Shown: positions 49,540-59,066 of the stretch, in pieces | Layout of the letters: the number at the start of each line of letters is the position of its first letter | Numbering within the stretch: position 1 is the first letter of the stretch | The notes under the pieces: model-generated | Told to the model about the DNA's origin: nothing | Seen by the model: only the letters and a program-made list of their open reading frames with translations | Database searches by the model: none | Program-made: the position numbers and the translations under genes | Source of the DNA: Eukaryota sp. TZLM1-RC | Taxonomy: Eukaryota > Protista > Metamonada: BaSk clade | DNA: 64,000 bases | Assembly: GCA_040285825.1 (NCBI GenBank) | Contig: JAUPSS010000002.1 | Location: 3,100,001 to 3,164,000 of the forward strand | Direction: 5' to 3'

Positions 49540-52257
49540 TTACTTCTTCAATCGCAACATTCGTCTCTTTCCACCAGCACTTGAACCTGTTGCTTGGGGT
49601 TTAATTGCTGATTGCAAGTTGGCTTGAGCACCACCATAAATTCCTGCACTACCACCGAAAGGGTTAGCAGATGGAGTAGAAGCAGGGGGCTGGCCAAAAG
49701 GATTTGTGGAAGGAGTAGTATTTTGAGGAGCGCTGCCACCGCCAAATGGAGAGGCAGTAGATTGACTTGCGAAGGGGTTGGAAAAAGGTTGAGAAGGTGG
49801 CTGGGAGCTTCCACCAAATGGGTTTGCTTCAGCTGCAGGTTGTGAAACTGAAGAAGATCCAGTGTTGCTCGACCCAAATGGGTTAGGGTTAGAAGATGAC
49901 CCAAATGGGTTTGCTTCAGCTGCAGGTTGTGAAACTGAAGAAGATCCAGTGTTGCTCGACCCAAATGGGTTAGGGTTAGGGTTAGAAGATGACCCAAATG
50001 GGTTTGCTTCAGCTGCAGGTTGTGAAACTGAAGAAGATCCAGTGTTGCTCGACCCAAATGGGTTAGGGTTAGGGTTAGAAGATGACCCAAATGGGTTTGC
50101 TTCAGCTGCAGGTTGTGAAACTGAAGAAGATCCAGTGTTGCTCGACCCAAATGGGTTAGGGTTAGGGTTAGCAGATGATCCAAATGGGTTAGGGTTAGAA
50201 GATGAGGTTCCACCAAGAGGAGTTGTAGTTGCTGGCTGGGAACCAAAAGGACTAGATTCAGAAGAACCTTTTTGAGCTACGGATGTGGGTGAAGCACCAC
50301 CAAAAGAGTTAGGGTTAGAAGAAACCGAAGATGAACCAAATGGTGACACCATTGAAGGTTTTGTTGTTTCAGTTGTTGGTTCAGCACTTGTCTTGAAAGG
50401 TGAAGCTCCAAAAGGGCTCGGTTTTTCCTTCTTTAGATCGGGTTTTACGTCGGATTGGCCGAATGTGAAGTGAGAAGTTGAGGTTGGCTCCTTTGGTTGC
50501 TCACTTACAGAAGTAGTTTTAAATGGAGAGGGAGCAGTAGATTGATCATTGCCAAAGGAAAAAGGTGATGTTGCAACAGTTGGTTTCTCATTTTCATCGG
50601 CCCCAAAGGTAAATCCCAATGATTTAGAACTTTCTTCCTTTTTTTCTTCCTTTTTTTCTTCCTTTTTTTCTTCCTTTTTTTCTTCCTTTTTTTCTTCCTT
50701 TTTTTCTTCCTTTTTTTCTTCCTTTTTTTCTTCCTTTTTTTCTTCCTTTTTTTCTTCCTTTTTTTCTTCATCCTTTGGTTGGGTGAACGCAAACGGAGAA
50801 GGTTGTAATGTTGTCGTTTCTGTTTTTTGGGTAGAAAAAGGTGTGGAAGCGAAGGATTCCTCCTTCTTTTCTGTTGGAGTTCCAAAACTAAATGGCCCAA
50901 CATTCGGTACTTTTTCTTCTTTTTTTTCTTGTTCTTCTTTTTTAACAAAAGAAAAAGCCATTGATGGTTGGGGTTGTTGTGACTTCCCCTCTGATCCAAA
51001 CGAAACAAAAGGTACTTCTTCTTTCTTTTCTTCATCCTTCTTAGTAGCAGGAGTGAATGAGAAAGCTGGTGATGTAACAGATTCCTTTTCCTCTCCAGTC
51101 TTGACATCTCCAAATTTACCAAATGTAAAACCACTTTGAACTTCTTCTTTCTTCTCTTCCACTTTATCTTCCTTCTTGTCTTGTTTTTCGGTAGCGACCT
51201 GGCCAAATGTGAAGCCTTGCTGAGGTTCTTCCTTCTTTTCCTCAGATGAAGGTTTGCCAAACGAAGACGCAGTAAACTCAGTTTTTTGTTCACCAAACCC
51301 TCCAAAACTGAAAGCAGAAGACTGTGGCGAAGTTGTAGTTGGTTGAGAGGCACCAAAAGTGAATGTTGGTGCGGATTTTTCTTTTTCAAACACCTCTTTA
51401 ACACCAGAATCAAGTGACTTTTCCTCTTTTTCTTGTTTTTCAGTGGGTTTTTCCTTTTGTAATGTTGATTCTTGAACTTCTTCTTTTGGTGTTTCAATAA
51501 ATCCATATTTAAATGATGACTCTGCAGTTGTTTCTTTCAACTTCACAGTGTTACCACCAAACAATTGCGACCTTGACAACCTTTCTGGTTCCTTTTCCTT
51601 CTTGTCTCGTTCATTTTCCTTCTCCTCTTCTTCCTTTGGCGGGGAGAAAGAAAAGGGGGTTGATGAGGGTGCTCTTTCAGCCTCTTCTTCTTGCTTCTCC
51701 TTTACTTTTCCATCATCAATCACTTTGTCCTCTCTTACTTCCTCAACAGGCAATTGGTCAATCTTGGATAAAGATTCAGCAAAGGACTTTCTGAAAGCCG
51801 GTGGTGGTAGCAAAGTTCTGGCCTCCTTAATTATAGACGGAACGGGTGAGTACTTGTGACTTGCCTTTGGCTTAGCGACAGGGCGTTTTAGAGACAATGC
51901 CCCCCTTCGCGAGAGGGAGTAGATATGGCGAGTGGGTCGGACCTTTCGTGGGGATGAAGACGAGAGTGTAGGTTGTTCGAGGGAGGGGACAGGACGTGGA
52001 GAGGAAGCAGGAGGCTGTATTGAATGGAGAATTTCTAAAATTCTATTGACTGTTTGTTCGGGAGATTGTTGTTCAATACGCGGACGAGAGGTGGGAACGC
52101 CTGGACCCGTAGCACGGCGTTTTTGACCCACATGTGAGGATGGAGGAGTATCAAATTGCATTAATGAAGACTGGGAGAGAGTGTGGCGACGTGTACTCGA
52201 ATGAGTTTGTGGAGAGGAGTCGAGGTCAGCCAACGTTATACCTCGTCCAGAAGTCAT
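49540..52257 (-). CDS. FG-repeat nucleoporin, Nup1/Nup153-like
   Basis: Many FxFG/FSF repeats with charged spacers, then SPFG/NPFG repeats and a basic C-terminus GKRRMLRLKK. Confidence 0.8.
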   Translation of the reverse strand: MTSGRGITLADLDSSPQTHSSTRRHTLSQSSLMQFDTPPSSHVGQKRRATGPGVPTSRPRIEQQSPEQTVNRILEILHSIQPPASSPRPVPSLEQPTLSSSSPRKVRPTRHIYSLSRRGALSLKRPVAKPKASHKYSPVPSIIKEARTLLPPPAFRKSFAESLSKIDQLPVEEVREDKVIDDGKVKEKQEEEAERAPSSTPFSFSPPKEEEEKENERDKKEKEPERLSRSQLFGGNTVKLKETTAESSFKYGFIETPKEEVQESTLQKEKPTEKQEKEEKSLDSGVKEVFEKEKSAPTFTFGASQPTTTSPQSSAFSFGGFGEQKTEFTASSFGKPSSEEKKEEPQQGFTFGQVATEKQDKKEDKVEEKKEEVQSGFTFGKFGDVKTGEEKESVTSPAFSFTPATKKDEEKKEEVPFVSFGSEGKSQQPQPSMAFSFVKKEEQEKKEEKVPNVGPFSFGTPTEKKEESFASTPFSTQKTETTTLQPSPFAFTQPKDEEKKEEKKEEKKEEKKEEKKEEKKEEKKEEKKEEKKEEKKEEKKEESSKSLGFTFGADENEKPTVATSPFSFGNDQSTAPSPFKTTSVSEQPKEPTSTSHFTFGQSDVKPDLKKEKPSPFGASPFKTSAEPTTETTKPSMVSPFGSSSVSSNPNSFGGASPTSVAQKGSSESSPFGSQPATTTPLGGTSSSNPNPFGSSANPNPNPFGSSNTGSSSVSQPAAEANPFGSSSNPNPNPFGSSNTGSSSVSQPAAEANPFGSSSNPNPNPFGSSNTGSSSVSQPAAEANPFGSSSNPNPFGSSNTGSSSVSQPAAEANPFGGSSQPPSQPFSNPFASQSTASPFGGGSAPQNTTPSTNPFGQPPASTPSANPFGGSAGIYGGAQANLQSAIKPQATGSSAGGKRRMLRLKK
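49815..50200 (-). repeat. Coding tandem repeat, about 4 x 87-93 bp (NPNPFGSSNTGSSSVSQPAAEANPFGSSS)
   Basis: Near-perfect direct repeats inside the nucleoporin ORF. Confidence 0.9.
50633..50768 (-). repeat. 12-bp coding minisatellite (EEKK)n, about 11 units
   Basis: (TTCTTCCTTTTT)n on the plus strand. Confidence 0.9.
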
Positions 52258-53395
52258 TGAAAGCGGTTGAATACAATACTATAAGTGCTATGAGACTAGT
52301 TGGTAAAATGAATTTCAGTTTCTGTTTCTTCACATTTTGTGTTTTTAGAATTTGAAAATCAGTAAAGGAAAATCATTGGATTTTTAACCTTTTGCTCTTT
52401 CTCGGTACGAAAGTGTTGTTAATTCGAGAAAATTTTTGAATTAATTAATAGAAGTAATTAATTGTCAAAATTGTGTTAGGAACTTGGAAATCTCTCAACT
52501 GGAATTTCTGAAGTAATAGACCTGTATTTTCTGCAATCCTCACACGTATATGGATAATATTTTAAAAAAACTTGCGATGTAGACCATACCACAATTGACC
52601 AACAAAGAAATTTATGTATGAGCAACTTTTTTGGTTTTTTAGGTGAATCAGTTTGTACTGAATCAACAGTGGAGTTATTAATTGAGGTGAATCACAGCTC
52701 ACAATCCTTAGAAGATCTGGGTTTGTTCATTTTAAATTGATATACAGCATGTACTAATTTCATCGAAACTATCTGTACTTTTTTTAACCATATTTTTATC
52801 GATCTAAAATACTGTCTAATATTCAACATCCTCCAAACAAGCATGACTATTACTAGACCTACTGACAACGTTTTGCTTATATTCTACACCAATAGCTAAA
52901 AGAGCTTTAGAAATCATTGTTGAATGGACTTAAAATTTGTACTTTGAAACAAATATCAATATATAATTGATATTACCACAGATCAATCAAAAGTTCCAAA
53001 CCCAACCAAGCTCTATTCAAAATGGGTACAAGGTCGAGTTTGACACAGTTTCTAGAGTTTTTGTACCTAAAATTGTTCAAAGTTAATTTAAAGAACAACA
53101 ATAAGGTACAGTATTCCAAAATCAGCAAAAGTCATTGTTGAAAAATAATATAATTTTTTAATTTTGTAAACAAACCAAAGTCAGATCCAAAAAATGGGCA
53201 AAATTGATCATTTTGTTTTTGTACATATAATATCATATATCTTACATTCGAATTCCAATATTCCATTATTCCTCAAATTTTGGAGATCTGAATTCCATTT
53301 CAACAGGGAATTCCAGAGTTCAATTTCTGAAGATTGTTTTCTTTATAAAACAAAACGACTTTCTTGCTAAAGTAATCATTGTTCTTTTCCTTTTT

Positions 53396-53487
53396 TGTTG
53401 CCTAAAGTCTATTGTAGTAAAGAAAAGTCAATGAGGAAAAGTTGATTTATTTTCTAATCATACTATATAAGCCTTAGGGCGCCAACA
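53396..53487 (-). mobile_element. Solo LTR of the Gypsy family (92 bp, about 13-bp internal insertion)
   Basis: TGTTGCCTAAAG...GGGCGCCAACA with T-runs on both flanks (compatible with a TSD) and no internal sequence. Confidence 0.9.
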
Positions 53488-53696
53488 TTTTTTCAACATC
53501 TAGACCTCTTTTTTCATTGTTCCTCTGTCTACAACCTTACCATCCATGCTGACTGTGAAAAAGGTTGGCTACTTTTCAATTCCAATATTCTGAAATTCTG
53601 AACCTGAATGAAAAGGTTAGAATTTAAATTAATTATTGTATTTATTAAAATGTACTTTTTTTGATCGAATAATTGAAATCAACATTTGATTGTCAC

Positions 53697-54290
53697 ATGA
53701 TACGCGACATAAAGGTTTGTTTGCTTGGTGAAAGTGGTGTTGGCAAGACCTGCTTGTTGCATCGCTTCATCCACAACGAGTTTTGTGAACATATGAGCAC
53801 AATAGGTTCTGCATATGTTTCGCACAGCATTCCTCATGCAGATGTTCCCTCTGGTGTACCTATGTCAATTTGGGATACGGCTGGCATGGAAGTATTCAAA
53901 GCTATAACACGGCAGTATATAAGAGGATCTGATATCACTCTAATATGCTTTGATTCAGATCGACGTAGCTTTCTAGCAGCAGAGAATTGGGCTGATGAGG
54001 TTGCAGCCGAGGAACCTAATTCTACTCAAATCATGGTAGCTACCAAGATGGATTTAGTCAGTACTATGGCTCCCCATATTCCACAGCAGGAAGTGAAAAG
54101 TGTGATGAAGAAGAAAGGTCTAGCTCATGTGTTTAATACATCAGCGAAAACCGGACTCAATGTCTCAGAATTGTTTTCAACGGTTGACCAAATAGCAGTG
54201 GAAAAGTTTATACAAAAGCATCCTCGTCATTTCAGCACTGTTCATGTCGAAGGAGCAGTCAGTGTGAGAGCCATGTCATGTTGTTCATAA
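53697..54290 (+). CDS. Divergent Rab-like small GTPase
   Basis: GESGVGKT, STIG, WDTAGME, TKMD, SAK, C-terminal SCCS. Confidence 0.88.
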   Translation: MIRDIKVCLLGESGVGKTCLLHRFIHNEFCEHMSTIGSAYVSHSIPHADVPSGVPMSIWDTAGMEVFKAITRQYIRGSDITLICFDSDRRSFLAAENWADEVAAEEPNSTQIMVATKMDLVSTMAPHIPQQEVKSVMKKKGLAHVFNTSAKTGLNVSELFSTVDQIAVEKFIQKHPRHFSTVHVEGAVSVRAMSCCS

Positions 54291-55337
54291 ACCCCAGCCA
54301 ATGATTGTTTCACTTGCTTTTCGGTATTTTGATGGTACTTTGAAGTTTCAACATTGTTCTGATATTGTTTCTGCTCATCTGAGAGATCAATAATTTGATC
54401 AAAAACCTAGTGATCCTATAATTAGTTGATATAATTAATTGGAGATGTAGGGTTTGTATGATATCAAACATACGCAACTTTATCTACTCACAAAACACAT
54501 CAAAAATAACTGCAGTTGGCATGCCTTCCAGCAACAAAGCTAAATGGATGGAACCCTCCATCCATGATCAATTTTCAGCAGAACAATTTGAAAAACAAAT
54601 TTTTACAACTTTTTTTAAAATTGTATTTATGTACTGTATTTTTATTGAAATAAAATTCTATCTAGTATTCAATATCTTCCAGACAAGCGCCACTATTACT
54701 GAACCTACTCACAGCATTTCTTTCATATTCTACACCAATAGCTAATAGAGCCTTAGAAATCATTGTTGAAATAGACATGAAAATTCAAAAAACAATTCTA
54801 TTTAGCCAGAAAGTGGAATTCATTTTTTACGAGATCTATTCAGTAAAACTTTTTGAAGTTTTCAAAAAAGTGTAACCCTGAAGGTCCAATATTGCCAAAA
54901 AAAGAAATTGCAAACGGCACAAACTGATATTTCACATGTGCGACTCTACCAAATTGTGCCAATGGTTCTTCATATTTTTTTTATTTTCTTTTTTTCGGCG
55001 TTAGATAGCGGCGAATCAGCGGAATACACCGAACGAGCAGCAGAATTTTTGCAGACATCTACTGAGACAACATCCACAAAACTCATAAATTGAGACCTTT
55101 CATTACCCCTTATTCTGGTTTCACCTATTGCAAACACGTTGACACATACCAGCTTATCGCTATTCAAAATCCGTTTCGAGACATTAATACTGAATAATGA
55201 CCGAAAACAGTATCATCATCATAAGTTGAAATTCATTTAACAAGAATTGAAGGAGAAAGATTCTCAGATTATATCAAAATTTATAGTGTTGAAAGATATA
55301 ATCATCATTTTATAACAAATTCAAAGATAAACTATGC

Positions 55338-55989
55338 CTATACTGCAGTGTACATTGTTGTAGGTTGACCTACAGGTTGCTGTTGACCAACAACCTGAAC
55401 ATATTGCACATATTGCTGAGTACCGTTGACATTGTGTTCTGAAATGGAACAAAATCCCACAATCATCATGATATAAGCAACGAATTCCAAGATAAACCCA
55501 ATAACAATAATCTTAAGGAAAAAACCTACAAGATAGAGAGTACCTGCAGTAGAGAGTGACGGAGAACCCAGCTTATCTCCCATTGTCTTCAGAGAAAGCA
55601 TGAAAAAGATTGCACGAATCATTGCTAAAATGAAGTAAATGACAATCGCACCAGCAGCAGCCTTGAAGATCTTCATGAGGTCTTCCGGATTGAGGTTTTC
55701 GAAGCTAAACCCAGCCATGTGATGATAGATGGCAATGCCAAAGAGTGCGGCGGCACATAAAGAAAGAGTCCAGGCCACGATAAAATTGGTAAAGACAGAG
55801 TTATCCTTAATCGCAATGCCCGCAAATATTGACCCAATAAAGATGAGAGTGATACCTGCAAATCCAAAGAAGATTCCACCTCCAGGTAGGAGAGAGAAGA
55901 TGGCTATAATCGATCCAATACCACCAAAAATCTTGGTAAGTGTGAGAGATGCAGATCCCACTGCATTGAGACTGTATTGAATACATACT
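55338..55989 (-). CDS. DUF996-like multi-pass membrane protein; start codon split by intron 55961-55988
   Basis: KIFGGIGSII...TAGTLYLVG...IIVIGFIL..VAYIMMIVGF.SI fits the prokaryotic DUF996 pattern as I recall it. Removing 28-nt GTATGT...CTCAATGCAG gives A|TG GGA TCT. Confidence 0.75.
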
Positions 55990-56044
55990 TGATAGTTGAT
56001 ACTTGATTGATAATTGTTGATTTGATTGAGTTCTTTGGTTTTCA

Positions 56045-56199
56045 TTTGAAATGCATACTTTCGTCAAGCATGATTCAAACTTATTCCAAGAACTTTCATT
56101 CTTGATGAGATCGTCCACAGACGTTCTAGAATCCTCGAATAATTGGCCACCAATCTCAGTGAGTCCATTTCTCCTCTAGAACAATACGCAGCTTTGAAG
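56045..56199 (-). ncRNA. Candidate Fanzor omegaRNA scaffold
   Basis: Directly 3' of the Fanzor stop: stems GTTCTAGA/TCTAGAAC, ATTGG/CCAAT, CGTC/GACG, CAAGAAT-GAAA-GTTCTTG, and a terminal TTTGAA..ATGC..AC-GAAA-GT..GCAT-TTCAAA. Confidence 0.55.
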
Positions 56200-56780
56200 C
56201 TAGTTTCTTTGTGGTCTCTGGAACACTTCTGGTCTTGTTCCATAGTAGTGCTCACTAATTGCAATTTCTAGCTGATTTAGTGATGCAGAAATGTCTCTAG
56301 ACCATTGTTGATTACATTTCGGACAACTGAAATAGGCGTTGTGAACTTTAACTTCACCATCAACTTCTCGATAGATCTTTTGGTGTAGCATCTTGCAGCA
56401 GTTCACCTTTGCAGATGTCATATATCATCTCCGATCTTCACATTTGCAAATGAACATTGTAGCAACTTGAGAAACGCCTTACGTGGAGTTTTCACTTTTT
56501 GACGTGATGTACCACCACCTCCATTGCCAAACCATACCTTTACTTCTCGACCGTTTGCAAATTTTTTCACTTTGTTGATAATTGAGCTGAATCTTTTCTG
56601 TTTTCTTATAAAGAAGTCAAATGTGTTTCTCCTCAATGCTTTCCGAGCACTCAGATATAATTGCTGCTTTAGTAATGATCGTCTTACGTTATTACCTTCA
56701 TAGTCCTTATAGTTGCCGATAGTTGATATTTCAAGCAGATAATGGTTCAATTTCTGCACGTCATAAACATCTTTGATCCA
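56200..56780 (-). pseudogene. 5'-truncated Fanzor (TnpB-like RuvC-II / Zn-finger / RuvC-III)
   Basis: FFIRKQK...VWFGNG...KTP..AFLKLL...VKIGD[E]YMTS...CCK...FSCPKC..WSRDISASLN...RPEVFQR. A 1-nt deletion in the Glu codon near 56424 splits the two ORFs. Confidence 0.85.
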
Positions 56781-57059
56781 TCTTGGTTCATTGAATTTTG
56801 TCCCATTAGTTATGAGTTAATTTTGTCAAGTGTGCAAGATGAATAAAAAATCCGATAAATGTTAATTGTAACTTTTGAATAAATTTTGAAAATTCGTCAA
56901 TCAGAACAGCTAAGTGTTGTTGATTATGGATATTCATCAAAGTACATTTTTGAGTCCTAACACCATCTGATTGAGATTAAACCACAGCTTTATTGGACTT
57001 GACGGAAACACGTAAGAGAGTGAATAAAAAAATTTATTTCAAGCTTAAACTAATAAAAT

Positions 57060-57351
57060 TAAATGGATGTTCGTCCAATTGCAGTTTCTGAAAGCTTGCA
57101 TAATATTTTTTGCAGCTTGCTGTTCAAATTAATTCAAAGAAAAAGCTTTTTGGTAATTGCATTTTGAGTTCATCAAGTGGAGTAAAGCAAGGAGATCCCT
57201 TGAATCAATTAGGACCTCTTCTATTTTTTTGGCCATTCATCCTATTTTATTACAAATTCTAGAGATGTTTCCTTCGCTAACAATGATTGCTTATATGGAT
57301 GATGTTGTTCTTATAGGTGACTTAACGATTGTGAAAAGGGCAACTATATGA
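57060..57351 (+). mobile_element. Non-LTR RT fragment
   Basis: DVRPIAVSE, QGDPL, IAYMDDVVLIG. Confidence 0.75.
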
Positions 57352-57869
57352 TTGAATTGAATTTAATTCTGCTATTTCCCACATGATGCTGTTGGAGGCA
57401 CTGTTTTGCCTGTTCAATAAATATTCTTCCCTATTTCCCAAAGATAGTACAAATACTCATTTTTCTTCTTCACCAAATAACTAGTGATCAACTAAATTCA
57501 GCACATTCAAACAAGCTACATGTTTCCAATAACATTACCTTGCCTTACCTTGCCTAGTTTTTGATTGTCTGTTGTCAAGCACTAATAATGATCCATCGTA
57601 TATTGTTCAATATGTAGACGTAGTAAAAATTGATCATTGAAATACCCGTTTTTTCAACAAAATCCATACTAATTGAAAAACTCCAAGTAGTTTATTCACT
57701 AGAAATGTTGTAAAATAGATTATAAATAAAATTCACTTCCCACTGATCGTCACTTCAGCAATGTGATAAATAAGTTTAACAAAAGCATATAGAAGAAGTT
57801 TCAATAATAATATTTTATACACAAAACACTAATAAAGAAGAAAATAAAATGATAAAAAAAGAAATCAAC

Positions 57870-58990
57870 TCACCTCTTTTTAATCCAAACCTGGAAACTG
57901 TGGGTATTACGATCAACCTTAAACTTAATTGTTGGCTCCCCTTCACAAAACTCCCAAACAAGGTTAAATAGTTTTAAGCTACCTTTTCCAGTTATTATCC
58001 TGATAAAATCAACTTCATTCTGGTGACACCACTGCAGTGACCTAGTAAGACATTTCGCAGCCCCTTCTGCATCAAAGTAATGCAGATCTAGAAGAAAACC
58101 CTCATTTTTGCGTTGAGGTAACACTGAATCTTGAATTTTGTTTATCGAGTTGGTTAGAACTTTCACATGGTAAGTTGAATCGATTGTCTTTATAGAGAGA
58201 AGTCTTGACCTGCTATTCTGAAGAGATGCCAAATGAGAAAGGTCTTGGTGTTGGAATGGTATAGGGTTAGGGTTAGGCTTTCGATGGATATGGGCGGTTG
58301 CTCTCTGTGATTGCTTTCTTGATTGAGTCTGTGATTGCTTTCTTGATTGAGCATTTGATTGATTGCTCGCTTTGGAACTAACTACAGATTTTGACGATTC
58401 ATGGGTTGGAATCGAACCCTCGACCATGGAGGTAGAACTCGATCGACTTTCCCAAATAGACGATTCTTCAGAACTATCCAAAACAGAATAAGAATTATTT
58501 AAAGAATAGAATTCTTGAATAATATAGATTAATGTATCTACTGGTAAATCATGGTATTGAATGATCCATTGTGTTGCAATTTCTTCTGACATGCCGGAAA
58601 ACCTTTGCAATAGAGAATCCATCATTTGAGCTTGTTTGATGCTGAAAACCGGTGGATGATTAGTCACAGTAGGAGTTGGGATAGATGTGTAGGCAGAGAG
58701 ACAAACATGGCACTCAGCAAAGACGAGATCAGCAGAGAGAAACGGAGAGGATAAGGTAATGGATTCAATAGTGGCAAAGATAGTAGATCTAGGGAGATGG
58801 GGAAACTCAGCTACTAGAATCTCAGAAAGCGTGTCAATGTCAATCGAAGTAATGATTGGTTTAACAAAAAGATGTTATGAGAACAATAAAGATGGGCCAG
58901 CGTTACCACTCTCACGGACCTAAGAGAAGAGAGAGGTCCGAAGAGGTGAAAACGTTGAATTCTCTTTTGGTTTTCGTGGTATGCAAACAT
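57870..58990 (-). CDS. Smr-domain protein with CUE-like N-terminal segments; 5' end needs a GT-AT intron at 58872-58906
   Basis: LDLH...A...L...IRIITGKG (Smr). The frame is open up to 58874. ATG 58990 joins it in frame through a 35-nt intron. The 5' model is tentative. Confidence 0.65.
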
Positions 58991-59066
58991 TGAATCACTA
59001 ACTCTCTACAGTGAAACCTACAGTGTTGCCTTGTATGAACAAAAATCTCAATAGTATTCTTCTCAA

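Noticed and set aside
49878-50198. Telomere-like (TTAGGG)2-3 runs, also at 58262-58277
   Set aside because: Explained by Asn-Pro codons (AAC CCT) on the coding minus strand; too short for telomeric arrays.
50505-51506. 333-aa poly-Lys/Arg ORF and other ORFs overlapping the nucleoporin
   Set aside because: Alternative-frame or antisense shadows of low-complexity coding repeats.
55990-56045. ORF-track start (ATG 56045) for the DUF996-like gene
   Set aside because: It overlaps the terminal hairpin of the Fanzor 3' region and adds a low-complexity extension; the spliced A|TG fits better.
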